The notes: generated by a model from the sequence alone, not told the origin. 64,000 nucleotides of DNA from the human T2T-CHM13v2.0 reference genome, Homo sapiens (GCF_009914755.1 NC_060934.1), one strand, 5' to 3'; counted from the first letter of the stretch, positions 38,601-54,548 are shown. A program made the numbers and translations.

Positions 38601-41600
38601 ATAGCCTATAAAGTAGATATTCATTTGATAAGAAATGCCTTCTAACTGAAATTATTCAAAGATACCTTAAAGAATAGTCAGCAGAAAATTTAACAAAACA
38701 GAACTATATAGAATCCTTATAAAATGAAGAGGAAAAGGCACCATATTTTGAGTTGTGCATGAGAAACCATCAAATATGATTCCTATACATTCCAATAATG
38801 TTAAACCATTCATTGATCAACAAAAGCATGGTTTTACCTATATGGTATGTCATATGGAACATTTTAGCCAAGGATGACAAAGTAGGCAAGTAGTCTCCTC
38901 TGGGATATAAATTGTAGGTTAAATGTAATGACCTTCCTCTAACCTGCAGAACATGTCTCATAACTAATTTAGAAATAAAAATAACACTCTATTTTAAGTT
39001 GTTATTAGCAGTTTAGACTGTGAAAGAAATCGAAAGATCTTTTCCAACATAGCAGCTTATTGAGTTCAGGTTTTGTTAGGAACAAGAAGGCAGAGTATAT
39101 TAAAATAATCCAATGGTATGTTGTGCTCGGCATGGGAAGAAGAAGGCAATAAGGAATGAGGAAGACAGAGAATTGAATTCAGCATATAATGTGTTCCAAT
39201 ACCTATAAAAGGTAGACATTAATAAGTTTATTTTATAGATAAGAAAGAATGCCAAAGGAAATAAAACTAATGTCACATAGTTCATAATTTTGCCTATCAC
39301 TATAAATCAACAAAGGGAAAATAATAACATATTGCTGATACACTTGTCAAGAGACCCCTTACTCCACATAAAGTATGTCCAGTATAATTTAGAGTACAAT
39401 GTACATAAATTACTAAAAATAAGGACTATAGAAGTTATCATGTATCTTATTTATACCCAGCAGCAACCTGGACTTACTCATAAATGTGATCCCTAAAAGA
39501 AGATACATTGTTTCCTAAAGGGTCACAGTAAAAATTATCATAAATCTGTAAATTATTTAATGATTAAAAAAGTTTTGCTTTATTTGTTATGCTTCTCTGG
39601 GGGCTAAGGGTGAACAATAGATAAAATTAACACACTTTAAATGATTTACTTGTTTAAAATGTAAAGGGAAGGATGAATAAAGAAAAGGCAACAGAATTCC
39701 TCGAAGTAGGATGTACTGTAGGGTATCAGATATAGTTGTATGCATACAGAGAGAACTAAAATTTTGACACATTAATAAAACGATAAGCTAACATGTCAAC
39801 ATCTAAGATGCCTATATGTACTATATACATATAAATTTTTCAGGGCTAGAATGAAACAAATGGTTGAGGAAAACCAAAAAAACATACATGTGCACATATA
39901 TGCCTATAGTCACACTAAGAAAGCACACTATTTCCAGATCTAATTAGCTCACTATAAGGTAAAAGGGGGGAAACTCCTCTGTTTAGAGCAAGGAATACTA
40001 ACTGCTTTCTATATAGGAGCTTGTTGATGGAAGGCCCATTCAAGGCTGGAAGCCTTACCACCTACTAGACTACAGAGGATGGAAATTTTCTGATCTGTGA
40101 AAAATCTAAATACACAACATACCTTGATGTGCAGCAGGGGCAGACATAGCAGGACAGATAATAAGATTTTAATTAAGCAAGATACTTATCAAACCTCATG
40201 TTTTTATATTCCAATAACTTAAATGCTTACATGTCATAAGAACAAAATTATCTTCATTTTTAAAATGTAAGTTTTTAAATATAAAAGGAAAAGCTTTAAG
40301 AAGGTATAAGCAGCATCAGTTTACACTTTGTTTTCAGTTTTAAAAGGGCTTTAGAATCCACAGTAATAATTCTGATGTGTTGACTACCAGAAATTGAGGA
40401 AGACACACACAAGCAGAAGGTCTAATATCTCAAACTATTTTGTCCAGATCTATTTTTGCATGAGGCTAAGTGAAAGATGTTATGTATGACAAGATGTCAA
40501 ACTCCACAAGAAAATGTATGAGAAGATGATAGTTATTCCTTCTCCAAAAAGGAACTCTAAAAGTGGCAAATGAATGTCCCGTTTCAAGATACACACAATT
40601 ATTTTGGGATCTACATCCCATAATTGCTATTGGTGTGGTTGGGATAGAACTAATTATTCTTTGTGCTGGATTTGAGGCATTGTAGTGTGTGCCCTGGTGA
40701 TGTCAGGGGGTATCATGAGACCCTACTTGGCTTATCTTTCTTACACAATCAAAATTAAAAGTTGGATGTTGGCAAATGGCTAGTAGTGCCCTTAGACCTG
40801 AGAAAGGCTGCTTCTGTCCTGGTCTTACACTATGAAAGGTCTCACATATTGCAAATATTAATTAACTAAATAGCCCCAGGGCATCTTTTCTGGCTCGCAA
40901 TTAGGTAACAATGCCTCATCTAATTGTAGGCATCTACCCTGCTAATGAACACTTTCCAGGCTACAGACAAATGCTGCCTTTTCTCATTTGCTACATGTCT
41001 TCAAAACATAAGACAACCTCAGCCCAATTCTATGAATGCCTGTGGGTTGTACTAGTATTTATGTTGGGAACTGCTTTGGTGTATAGGAAAGAGCTGGAAA
41101 ATCTTATATGAGAAAAAATGCTTATATAAGAAAAAAGGCAAATTAATTAATTTGCCAAACTCTCACTCTGAGGGAATAGTTTTCCAGAAGTGCCAAACAT
41201 CAATTTCTAGGCCTCTGCTTGTATTCCAATTACGTTTTCAAAGATAGCCATTAATTGGCATCGTATTGCAACAGTTGATGTGGCAATTAAAAAAAAGTGT
41301 GATATTAAAAAATATAATTATTTATACGTTTACAGATATGAAATGGTTTGCAACTAGATGGAAAATGAATTGTATAATTGCAAATACTTTTAAGAAACAG
41401 ATCAAATTATAGAAAGTATTAAGGGGATATTATTAAATTGAACAAATGATGCTTTTTAAAAGCTCATATCTCCATGTAGAAAAAATTAGAAATTAAGAAA
41501 TTCTGAAATGACTTAAATTTTGTTTTAAGACAAAGAGTAATCACTATATATGCTCTTAAATTATATAATAGAACTAAACTATTTAATAATACTTAATTAT

Positions 41601-42190
41601 AATTTATTATGTGACTCCATTATCATTTTATACATATTTCATTTTCAGTCCAAGTATTGTTTGTAAAATTTTATTGACAATCTCTTTTGCTAATGCTGCA
41701 GAATAGGAAAATTTCTCCAAATTAAAAGTCATGGAAAAAACTAACAAAGAACTACAATAGCTCAAAAATTTTATGTAGCAATAATGATGCTAGAAAAAAA
41801 TGCAAAAGTGTTGATGTATTATCATAATTAGGGACTTTCTAAAATTAATAGCACATATAAATAGCTATATTCAGAAAACATACTATTTATGTAAAAATAC
41901 TGTATTCATACCTTAGAGAAATCATATAACAATTTTCCACAAATTCTCAAGTGTATTTCTTTCATTTTATTGCTAATCTAATGTAAAATATCTTTATCTC
42001 AGTTTTAAAAAAAATCTTGTGGGTCTGAGAAGAGTTACCCGCTACTAGCTTTTCACACACACACACACACAAAAAAACAGTGTTACTCATTAAAACTTCT
42101 GATATCTGAATCAGCAGTGGCTTTTATTCTAAAACTTTTTCAAAGCATCTGATTGAATGTTTGTCTTATAAGCTATTAATATATGCTGTG

Positions 42191-42269
42191 AAATGTCAAA
42201 TTTATGACACAAATGAGTGTATTTTGTTATGACAAATGTCAAACTTATGACACAAAATGAGTGTATTTT
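42191..42269. repeat. 35-bp direct duplication with an 8-bp spacer
   Basis: aaatgtcaaatttatgacacaaatgagtgtatttt / gttatgac / aaatgtcaaacttatgacacaaaatgagtgtatttt. Confidence 0.9.
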
Positions 42270-42595
42270 CTTAAATTAAAATTTCAAATTGTAAAACGTT
42301 TCTATATTTGCTCTTACTAACTGAAAGATTAATTATATGTGCATATATGTGAAATAAATAAAATGGTATAGTCATAGCAAAATACTTATTTGTTTTAAAA
42401 TGACTTGGAAAAATTCTAATAAACCTACACATGGTAAGAACAATTCACTTTTTCAAGAAGTATAACACTATGGTAAAGTTTTTAAAGTAGGTAATCGTGA
42501 CATGAAGGGGAATAAGAACTACTTCAAAAGCTATAATTAAATGCATTATGTAAAAATTTTTGAAGTACATGTTTATACTTAGTTTCAGGACTTAA

Positions 42596-43548
42596 CGAAG
42601 CAGGATATTCCCCTGACCTCTTGGTGGGACTCGTGAAGGTAGTGCCGGGTTTACTCAGCCCACAGCTCTCAACTCCTCGCAGGAGGGAGTGCCTGAGCCA
42701 GTGAGGCGTGAACAGGAGTACACCAGCGTTTGAGCCATCTGGCTGCTCTGGTGCCGGCAGGGGTGAACTGCACTCAGTTGGACCCCCTGCATCCACCCCT
42801 CATGGAAGGGGTCACTCAGGTGAGCAGGTACAGGAGCGGGCAGAATCTTTGGGTGCTGGCAGGAGTTAACTATGTGCCAGCCCTGCAGCAGCATCTGTGG
42901 GGGTGCCCGCAAACCCGGTAGCCCCAGAGGGAGTGTTACAGTGCTCTTTAGCTCGGCCGTCCATGGATGGTGGAAGGGTTAACAACTCAGTGGACCCTCT
43001 GCCTTTTCATGTGAGGTGGCTGCCTTCCAACAGCGAGGGCAAAGGGTCAGTATGACAGTCTTTCGCTTGGTGGTATCCAAGCTCTTGTCCAATGTCCTAG
43101 GAGAAATGAGGTCTCATGAATGAATTGAAGGATGGTAAATGCGGATGATTTTCTTGCCAATGGAAAGGGACCTGAAAAGGAGATAGTGTGGGAAGCTAAT
43201 CTTCCCCTGAAGTCCGGCCACCTCTGGCCAATTTCTTCTCCAAAGTTATGCCATCAAGCTCTCCCTCTGAAGTCAAGCCACTTCTCTCCAATGTCATCCA
43301 ACCACAGTCTCCTACACCCACCTGCTTCTCTTCTCTATGATGGCTGAGCTTGGGGTTTTTATGGGCACAGGATGGTGGGTACATCAGGCCATGGATTTTT
43401 TTTTTGGAAAAGGGAACATTCAAACAGGAAAACAGGGATGTAAGTTCTCACTTTGGGCCACAGCTTCATATTTTTCGGATTGAGGGTGGGCCCTCGCCAG
43501 AGACCTGCCCTCATCTTCCCAGAATCTCCCTGCCTCCTGTCCCTATCA
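42596..43548 (-). mobile_element. ERV1 solo LTR, LTR1/LTR27/LTR28/MER52 group (LTR28-like)
   Basis: GC-rich island of about 950 bp. The minus strand starts tgatagggacaggaggcagggagattctggg...ggcccaccctcaa...ggcccaaagtgagaacttacatccctgttttcc, with the TATA-like catcctgtgcccataaaaacccc. Confidence 0.85.
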
Positions 43549-44399
43549 CTACAATCAAGCTCAGCTTATTTAAAGTTATAATCCGTAGATGTGTAAAATC
43601 TGGACCATGCTTTTCCCCTAATATTACAATATGCATTTTTAAATAGTTTATAAGACTCTCAACCAAAGTAACCTAAGGTACCTGCAACACTACCATACTA
43701 ATGTGAACATGTTGGATACAAAGAACACAATGTTATAAGGGTGTCAAGTGCTAAAATACTAAATGTATTGAGTACTTAGTTTGCATGATATATCTATTAC
43801 ATTAAGATATAGTATTGGACTCTGAAAAACACAAAAGAATTTCAGGCATGAGGATTCCCTCCATTCAAGGGCTAATAGCCTAGTTGAAGAAACTTGAACA
43901 CTGAATGCAGACAAAATGACACTAACGAAGAGCAGCATATAAAATACCTACAAAGTTCAACTCAGTTTAAGAAAAGGGAAATATTTTTGTGTACTAGTTT
44001 GCACATGATCGAATGCATCTTGGAGTGGTGGAAAATGTGTTTACAAATGGGTTCATATACTTGATTTAAAAAACCCATTGCTAAATGTTTAGTTTGCCAT
44101 TTTAATACTTTAGATTTATACCTCTATAATCTTATTCTTTCCAAATTCATGTATAATCTGTACTGGCTGTCTATTCTAAATTAATAAAAAGTAAATTATT
44201 AAATATATTTAAATATCCATTTCACAGTTTTATTGATTTAACTCTCAACTAGGATCTTCTAGTATCTCCAAATAGCATTTTAAAGAATACAATTTTGGGG
44301 AAAAATGTATAAGGTTATGATCTATTTAAAGAAAAACGAGTTATTTGGGCCAGCATCCATAATTTCTATGGGAAAAATATCTAATTTTGAACAGAGAGA

Positions 44400-45940
44400 C
44401 TACATACTTCATATGACTTCAATTATTTTACGTTTTTTGATACTTGATTTATGTCTTAAAATGTGGTCTATTTTAGCTTATTTCTACAAACATTCAGAGA
44501 TAATGTGTCTTTGAGTCCTGTAGAATGAAGTGTTTGACCTAATCAATTAGTGTTTGACCTAATCAATTAGGTCAAATATATTAATGTGTTGTTAAAGCAT
44601 TCTTTATCCTTAATAATTTGTCATCTACCTATCCCATCAATTACTGTGAAATTATCATTGAAATTTAAGAATATAATTGTGTATTTATCTATTTCTTCTG
44701 TAATATCTATCAGTTATCATTTTGCATCTCTGTCAGTATGGATAAAAAATTCAGGACACTTATTGTACTAGATGAATTGAGTTCTCTATCATTATGAAAT
44801 GATCTTCATTTTTGTAACAGAATTGGTTCTGAAATCTACTCTACCTGTATTTTTGCTCTTAAATTGACTACAGCTTTCTTTTTATTTGTGTTAATGCAAT
44901 ATATACTGCATTATAGATACATACATATGTATATATAAATTCTTTCTCTATATCTATAATTATCTATCTATCTATCTATCTATCTCAGAGAGACAGCGCT
45001 ATGTGTTCATCTTTAAAGCAGTTTTTTGATAACATATTTTAGGGCTTACTTTTTTATTCAATCTGATAAATTTTGTCTTTTAATTGGTATAACTAGGTCA
45101 TTTAAATTTAGCATGATTATTAATAGGTTTAAGTCTGTATTGTTATTTGTTTCCTATTAAAATATTTTTGTTATTGTTTTATACATTTTGTGCACTCTCA
45201 TGAATTACATTTTTTGTATTATATTTTATTTCCTTTATTGGCTTATTTTTTCATTAATATCCGTTTTTCCCATTATTTTTCCATTTTATGATAATTTATT
45301 GATCTAGAGTGTACATTATTACCTACCTCAGTTTAAATTAATGTGACATTCTACCACTTTACAATGAATGTGAGAACTTACCGTAGCATTCTTTATTTTC
45401 TCCTCTCCAGGCTTTGTGCAATTATCATCACATATTTGACTTCCACACATTCTACAAACCCCATGTTATATTGTTATTACTGTTACAAACAGGCAATTAT
45501 CCTTTAAAGGCATTTTTATAATGTGAAAAATCTGACATATTTACCCATGTAGTAACCATTTCTAGTGGTATTTTTTTTCCTTTGAATAGATTTATATTAC
45601 TATCTGCTAACTTGTTTTGCACAAAGGACATTTTAAGCACTTCTTATAAGATGGATTTGCTGGTTATTAACTATTTCATATTTATAGGTCTAAAACGTCA
45701 TTGTTCCACTTTGTTTTTGAAAGATATTTTTGCTAATGATAGGACACTAGTAATACAGGTTTAGGCTTTACCTCCCTTTTGATACTTTAAAGCCATTGGT
45801 CTGCTTTTTTCCTCTTTCACTGTTTCTGATGAGAACTCTGCTGTCATGCTTATGTTATATATCTCTACAAAATGTGTCTTTTTTGTTCTGCTGATGCTTA
45901 TAAGATTTTTATCTTTACACTGGTTTTGAGGAATTAAATT
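44400..45940 (-). mobile_element. Old L1M fragment (start of ORF2 through ORF1)
   Basis: ctctatcattatgaaatgatcttc; tttttattcaatctgataaattttgtcttttaattggt; ttttgaaagatatttttgct; tgtttctgatgagaactctgctgtca. Confidence 0.75.
44529..44578. repeat. Perfect 20-bp tandem duplication fused to an 11-bp hairpin
   Basis: tgtttgacctaatcaattag occurs twice. The hairpin is tttgacctaat-ca-attaggtcaaa. Confidence 0.93.
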
Positions 45941-46487
45941 ATTTTCATATCATGAACAGAAGTTATGTTTATAATTTTTGATGTACTGCAATATGGCTAA
46001 ATAGGACACTCACTTGCTTTGAAGGGAATTTGCCTTTTACTGATCAGAAGAAACAAACATTCTCTGCCTCCTCAAATCTTAGAAGCATTTTACTTATGAT
46101 ATTTATGTGTTAATCAGTAACAATCTAGTCTAGCTACAGTTTAATATGAAACATTAGGAACTTGGACTGTTAACACTTTTAGGTGCAGGAATATCATGTA
46201 ATTATTTTTAATAAGTAATCATTTATAATAAATTATTTTACATTTACACAACAGTGTAAGTTTTCTGTTTACATTTAATCTTTAGCTTTGTGCTCCTTAA
46301 TAATATATAGTTTTAATTCCCCAAATCAACCTTTTCTATGATGAATAATTTGTAATCGTTTATTTTTTATTTAACAATAACATTTAATTTCTTGGCATAT
46401 TTTTAAATGAAATCAAGATTCACCAAGAATTTGTTATAGGTATGTAATATAGGTTAGTACATAAATACATAAATAAGTAGATAGAAA

Positions 46488-46700
46488 AGCCTGGGCAACA
46501 TAGTGATACCTTATCTCTACAAAAAATAAAGAAAGTTAGCCAGGCATGGTGGCACGTACCTATAGTCCTAGCTACTCAGGAGGCACATGTGGGAGGATGA
46601 CTTGATCCCTGGAGGTTGAGGCTGCAGTTAGCTGAGATTGTGCCACTGCACTCCAGCCTGGCTGATGGAACAAGACTCTGACTCAAAAATAAATAAATAA
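46488..46700 (+). mobile_element. AluJ, 5'-truncated
   Basis: agcctgggcaacatagtga...gtgggaggatgacttga...ggttgaggctgcagt are J diagnostics. The tail is aaataaataaataa. Confidence 0.9.
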
Positions 46701-48329
46701 GTTGAAAGTGAGAGGAATGGGGGAAGAAAAAGGAAATAAGAAATATCTGGATAGGTAAATAGCCAAATGAATCTGGCTTACATTGTCTCTGAATCAAGCA
46801 AAGGTTTAATCATTTATGTTTTGATATATTTTGACATGTAATATTCAGTAGAATTTTGGCTTGAACCTCATTGTTGTTTAGCTAAGTGCATTCACCATGG
46901 AGATTAGTAAGTTCCTAATGATAATTTAATTTTATTCACCCTGGAAGCAAGATTTTTGGCCCAGAGAAGAAGTGATTTTCTGTTTTTACCCACAAAGGCC
47001 AGTTATTTTATTCCTTTAGTTCTTTTTAGAAAATAAAGTGTTCCCAGTGAAGAAAAGATTACTAAATAAAATAAAAAATGGCATAAGAAACACAAAGAAT
47101 ATTAAGATACTTAGAATTAATATTCTGCATACCTAAGTCAAAAAGTTAATTAAAACTGCCATTTTAGTTTGAAACAGTAAGCCAATGCCTGCCAATAAAT
47201 CAAATGCTTGCTAAACTGGCTTTAGTTAATAATTATATTAGGAATTCACGACTACCCAGTTTATGTATAGAAAAAATGAAATGTTGAGAAAACAGAGATC
47301 AAAATGTTATTACTACAAACTTTTGAATATGCAAGACTCCACATCAAGATTAACTCTAATTTCTACCTCAGGATTAGGCATCACTGGCTGGAATTTATTT
47401 CCTTGACATGATTTAGAAAGATGATTCAGTAAAGTATTAAATCATTATCTCCTCTTTTAAAAAATCATGAATAACCTGGGTTAGGTTCAAAGAGTCAATT
47501 TGGTGAGAATTCTAGGATTTTGAGTAATATTTAAATTTCAATTCAAAATGGATTCAATACAAAAAAGTATATACACAACAGCTTTAAGTAAATCAAAAAT
47601 TAAAATGATGAATTTTTGTTGAAATATGTGTTGACCAGATTATTCACTATCTTCTTGAATGAAATGAAATCTTCTCACTGTTGCCTTTAATTTGTTTTTG
47701 TTTTAATGTATGGAATTGCAATCACAATGAAACTGCATAGCTTGTTTCCTGCCTACATAAAATCTTGTCACGACTAAGGCTCCATCTCTCGCTTCCAGAG
47801 TGTTGCTAATTTATGCTACTTGTGTTTCTTAAAAATTACATCTGTGAGCTCTGAAGGAAAAAATCCAGGTCATAAAGCTAGTAATTAGGACTTACAAAAA
47901 CTTAAAAACTTTAGCTAATTGGATATATGATATCACTGGAATTAAAATTAATTTGAAATTCTAAAACTGTTAAATCTAAGTATTTTCAAAATAGCAATCT
48001 ATGTGGAATGTGCATACTCCAAGCAAATCTCTTAAGACAAATTTTCTTGTTATTGCATTGTCCCACTAACTAAAACACACTAAATGAGTAAGCCGTTCAT
48101 GTGTTTTCCAAAATTCTATGTTACTTTTAATGGAATATTTCATGTATCCAAAAAGGAATGACAATAATACTCATAAATTTGAAACCCAAATGTCATCCCC
48201 ATTAAAAATAGCCCATATAGATTAGTAAAGCCTCTTACACAAATCTCTATGATTCCATTTCCCTCCTCTTTATCTTGTGGGTAACCATTATTCTATGTGT
48301 GAAGGTTGTTATTCTTATATATATTGCTC

Positions 48330-48475
48330 CCAACAAACGCTTATCTAAGCTCTAGGGAGATTGTAGTAAATAATACTGTAAACATTTTCATGCACATATG
48401 TTATGTCAGATTGTGAGAAGTACTATAAAAAAATAAAGAAAGCAAGAGTAATTGGGATAGGCAGAGCTATCATTT

Positions 48476-48510
<35 letters not shown>

Positions 48511-49030
48511 ACAAGTCTCTCCAATTATATGCTCCTTCAATGACTTCATTGATCAGTTAATATTTCAGCAGGAATTGGAAGAAAGTAAAGGACAAGGCAT
48601 ATGGATATTTTGCAAAACAGAATTACAGATAAATGTTCAAAGATCTAAATCAGAACAATCTGTGTTTGAAAAATGAGGCTGGTGTGGCTGAGATATGAAG
48701 TCATAGATAAATTGGGGTAGACAATATAGAAATGATGTTTTAATAGATTTTGATTTTATTCTGAGTGCTATGGAAGGCATTGCAGGGTTCTGAGTGGAGG
48801 ATTGATATTTTCCAATTCACACTTCAAGAAACCACTTTGGTAGCTGTTGAAAATGGGTTATTGGAAGGCAAGGATGAAAAGTTGGAGACCTGTTTGGAGA
48901 CTATTACAAATATCCAGGTAAGAGAACAATAGTGACTTGGGACCAAGTGGTAGGGATAAAAATTAGATTGATTCTGGGTATAATATGAAGAGACATTTCA
49001 GAGTTTTTTCTGGTACATTAGATATCTGAT
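48330..49030 (-). mobile_element. L2a-like fragment, with (CA)n at 48478-48509
   Basis: gaggctggtgtggctgag; gattttattctgagtgctatggaaggcattgcaggg; ggagactattacaaatatccaggtaagaga. Confidence 0.75.
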
Positions 49031-49044
49031 ATAAAACATACCAT

Positions 49045-49995
<951 letters not shown>

Positions 49996-50457
49996 AAAAG
50001 AGACATTTTCTGTTTTGTGTAATCTTTTGATTAACAAACATTTTTAATTTTAATATAATCCAATGTATCATTCATTTTTATGATTTATAATTTTTATATC
50101 CTCTTCTTCCCCAATAACATAATTGCATTTCCCTAAACGTTCTTGTAAATATTTATATTATTATTTCTATGATTTCAATTCACTTGGGATGTATCTTCGT
50201 GCCTGGTGTAAGGCAGGGATACTTGTTTATTTTGCTCATATGTACAACCCCTGTCACTGCACTGTTTATTGATCAATCCTTTTTTCTCCTGTTGAGAAGT
50301 AGTGCCCTATCTGTTGTATATGAAGTCCTCATATATGTGTGGTTTATTTCTGGGCTCCATAATCTTTTCTAATGCTCTTTTTCTATATTTAACATATTCA
50401 AAGCATTATTTACTGAAGTTTGATAAATCATAACATAAGGAAAACAAATTCTCCGCT

Positions 50458-50462
<5 letters not shown>

Positions 50463-50489
<27 letters not shown>

Positions 50490-50750
50490 TTTTGAGATGG
50501 TGTCTCTCTCTGTCGCCCAGGCTGGAGTGCAGTGGCGCCCTCTAGGCTCACTGCAAGCTCCGCCTCCCGGGTTCACGCCATTCTCCTGCCTCAGCCTCCC
50601 TACAGGCGCCTGCCGCCACGCCCAGCTAATTTTTTTTTGTATTTTTAGTAGAGACGGGGTTTCACTGGTCTCGATCTCCTGACCTCGTGATCCGCCCTCC
50701 TTGGCCTCCCAAAGTGCTGGGATTACAGGCGTGAGCCACCACGCCCGGCC
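50463..50750 (-). mobile_element. AluY with two internal deletions
   Basis: ctgcaagctccgcctcccgggttcacgccattctc is Y-type. 16-bp TSD aattctccgctttttc at 50447-50462 and 50751-50766. Confidence 0.96.
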
Positions 50751-50956
50751 AATTCTCCGCTTTTTCAAACGCTATTGCTTTTGTTCTTGGCTAATTATAT
50801 CTCCATATTTATATTGAAATGAGTTTCATAATTTCCCAATTATTATTGGTATGGTTTTTTATTAAAATGTCAAATTATGGGTTAAAATAGAGATGTTTAA
50901 CATATTGATGTCAGATTTACTTATCCACAGACACAAAATATCTAGCTCTTCATTAA

Positions 50957-51297
<341 letters not shown>

Positions 51298-54182
51298 TGA
51301 TGTTATAATATTTAAACTCAAAACTTCTAATAGTCAAAAATCTAATTTTAAGATTTACTTATTTTATGAAAACATGAATAGTCATGTACTTGAAGAATAT
51401 AAATGCTTACAGTTGGTAAATTATAATGAGGGAAAGATTGGCTGAGGCAAAGTTTTAGTCAGGGAAAGAAGATGGAAATGTGTGATTTAAGAAATCAAAA
51501 GGAATTTAAGTGAACTAAATCAGAAAAAAATAGTAAGTAAAGAATAATGCTTTTGTGGGGTAAAGAAAAATAAGGTGCAAGGCTTTCATAAATATAGATA
51601 CTACATAGATATATACCTATTTGGTATAAGCTTAAAGGTACGAAGGTATTGATACAAACAACCCACACTGGTTACCTGGAGGGTGTGGCATTACAAGATA
51701 ATTGGGGAAGAAGAGAATATTAACTATTATTTTTAATATACCACAGTATTTTTACCTCGCATTTTTGATAATGTATTGTTACTTTTAAAATTAGCAAATA
51801 GTTAATTAAATAATTTAAAAACAAATTAGTGAGAACATTTGGTAGCAGCTGGCCATCAGCTAACAACTCTGCTGTTAACATTTGTAATAATAACCAAGAT
51901 TTCATCTAACTTCCTCTTCCTTTTTTCCCTAATCCACAAAACACAGATCAGGGAAACTGAGATTCATTGTTTAACTCCCATCCTCCTGCTCTGCAAAGTA
52001 TTGCCTCAATTAAATTTTTAAAAATTAAGAGTGGAAAATATAAAAGATGGGAAAAAAAGTGGAAAACCAGGGTAACTTACAATGAGACAGGGAGAAACAG
52101 AGAAAAAATATGAGAAATGAAAACAAAATTTATAGAACTTGGGATTTATAACTGTCGTAAAAAGCCATAGATAGTACATTGGCAGAGAAGTTACATATAT
52201 TTACAATAATAAAGACACATTAACAGAATTTTTAATTCTGTAAAATAATTTTGCTTAATTACTTGTAATAGAGAAATGATTTTCCCACATGATATAAGAG
52301 TTGAGTGCATGGCAAAAGTAGTTTCCATGTCAACTTTTATTAATCAAGTTATATCCAATGTGTTGATACTCTAAAATAACATTCCATAGTCACAAATAAA
52401 AGTTCGTCATTTTTTAATTTTGTTTACTTACTTATATATGTGTTTATTTTATTCACAGTAGTAGTATCTGATCTCTTTAACCCTATGCTGAAAATTCTTA
52501 ATTATGGAAATTAATTAAAGTGATTAACATATATCCAACCTAGTTAAGGAGTTTGATATTACTGTTGTAAAGGGAGGACTGAGCCTTGCAAATCAAACAT
52601 AAATACTTTATTTAGAAGGCCCTGGATTTCCAATTCCTTAAGATTGCTTTAGTGAAATATTAAAACATAAATTAGAAAAGATAAATACAAGAATAAACAT
52701 ACAGAAACATATCAGTGCCTTTAAAATTCTGAGACAAAATTGTTTTGATTAAAACATTTAAATAATTTTTCAGTTTTAATGAAACAGGAATTTCAATGCT
52801 GTATTATAAACATTTTAAACATTATGACATATAAGTTATTTATATCTTGTATAAATACTGTTTAATAGGATGTAGGTTTATTTTTGGCTTTTGTTTTGTT
52901 TAATTTTGTTTTCTCTTGGGCTTTAGTTTGTTTCCAGAGAATTCCTTACTGATTATTTAGGAAAATGGAATGAAATTATCCTAGGAGATCCTAACTACCA
53001 TCGAGAAGTTCAAGTTCAGTTCACAAAGACTCCATCCTATTGAGTTATAAGTTTATACAAGAAAATAAATCTACCGATATTAATTGTCTCTGCAAATTTG
53101 CGTAAAGAGAATGTATTTATTAAGCACTTAATGAAAGTGCAATGTATTTAAAAACTGAAATTTCTTTTCAGTTAGGTATATTTTGTAATTGGTAACTATG
53201 AAGATAGGTGGTTATAAGTGGGAGCATTTACTGTGCTTGAAAAATTCCGTTGTATCATTCAGAAAAAAATAATTTTGCCACCATTACAACAAAACTTCAT
53301 AAAGGGTTATCTTCTGTTAAAAATGTTCTCGTTGATTTCTGTCACATCTTAATTTCTGAATTCTGTAGATATTTTACACATCCAATTTTACCTCAGAAGA
53401 GTCATTTTGTTCCCATATTTGTGGGTGATTTCCACATGTGATTTTGTCCTAGTCTTGGTTTCACATAATATAAAAGCGATGACTATAATGATGGTCATAC
53501 AATTTGAATCTCTCCATCTTCCTTTTAGAAGCTACACACATCAACAGGAAAATCAAATACCATCACTCTTATCCAGATTTACAGAGGAAGCAGGAGACAA
53601 AAGGATCTCAATTTAATTGGAGAAATAAATAAGAGCTGCTGAGTCAGCCCCTTAGCAGAGAATCAGGCAGGGCATGCACAGATAAAGAGTTTGGGCCCTT
53701 TAAAGTGGATAAGCTCTGAAAATATACCCACAGCTTACACCCAGAAGGTTATTCTCCACACCTAAGTGAAACATTTTAAAGTGAATTTGAGTTCTGGAGG
53801 TTCAGAAGAATAGTTACAAGGAAGCTAAAAAGAAAGGGCTTGGAAAGTGTGGAGGTTCAAGCTCACAGTTTTGGAAAAGAGGCACCTTGGATGGTGATTT
53901 CTGGTTTTGTAAAGAAGGCTAATAAAGAAAAAATGGCCCTATTTATACAAGTACTAAAGGTTTAGAAGACAGACAGAAAGCACTATTCATTGAAGATATG
54001 ACTCTTCTCTCTAGAAACAATAGAAATAGTAAAAGAACCAAAAAAATCAAACTAAATATGCCATCTAACCCTTCTCCCATAGGGTTTCTAACTGTAGCTG
54101 ATCTAGAAAAACAACACAAATGTGTGTAAAGTGAGGGTGTGGAGAAGACATCAGAATCAAGCATCCTTAAAAAGTACCATAA

Positions 54183-54548
<366 letters not shown>

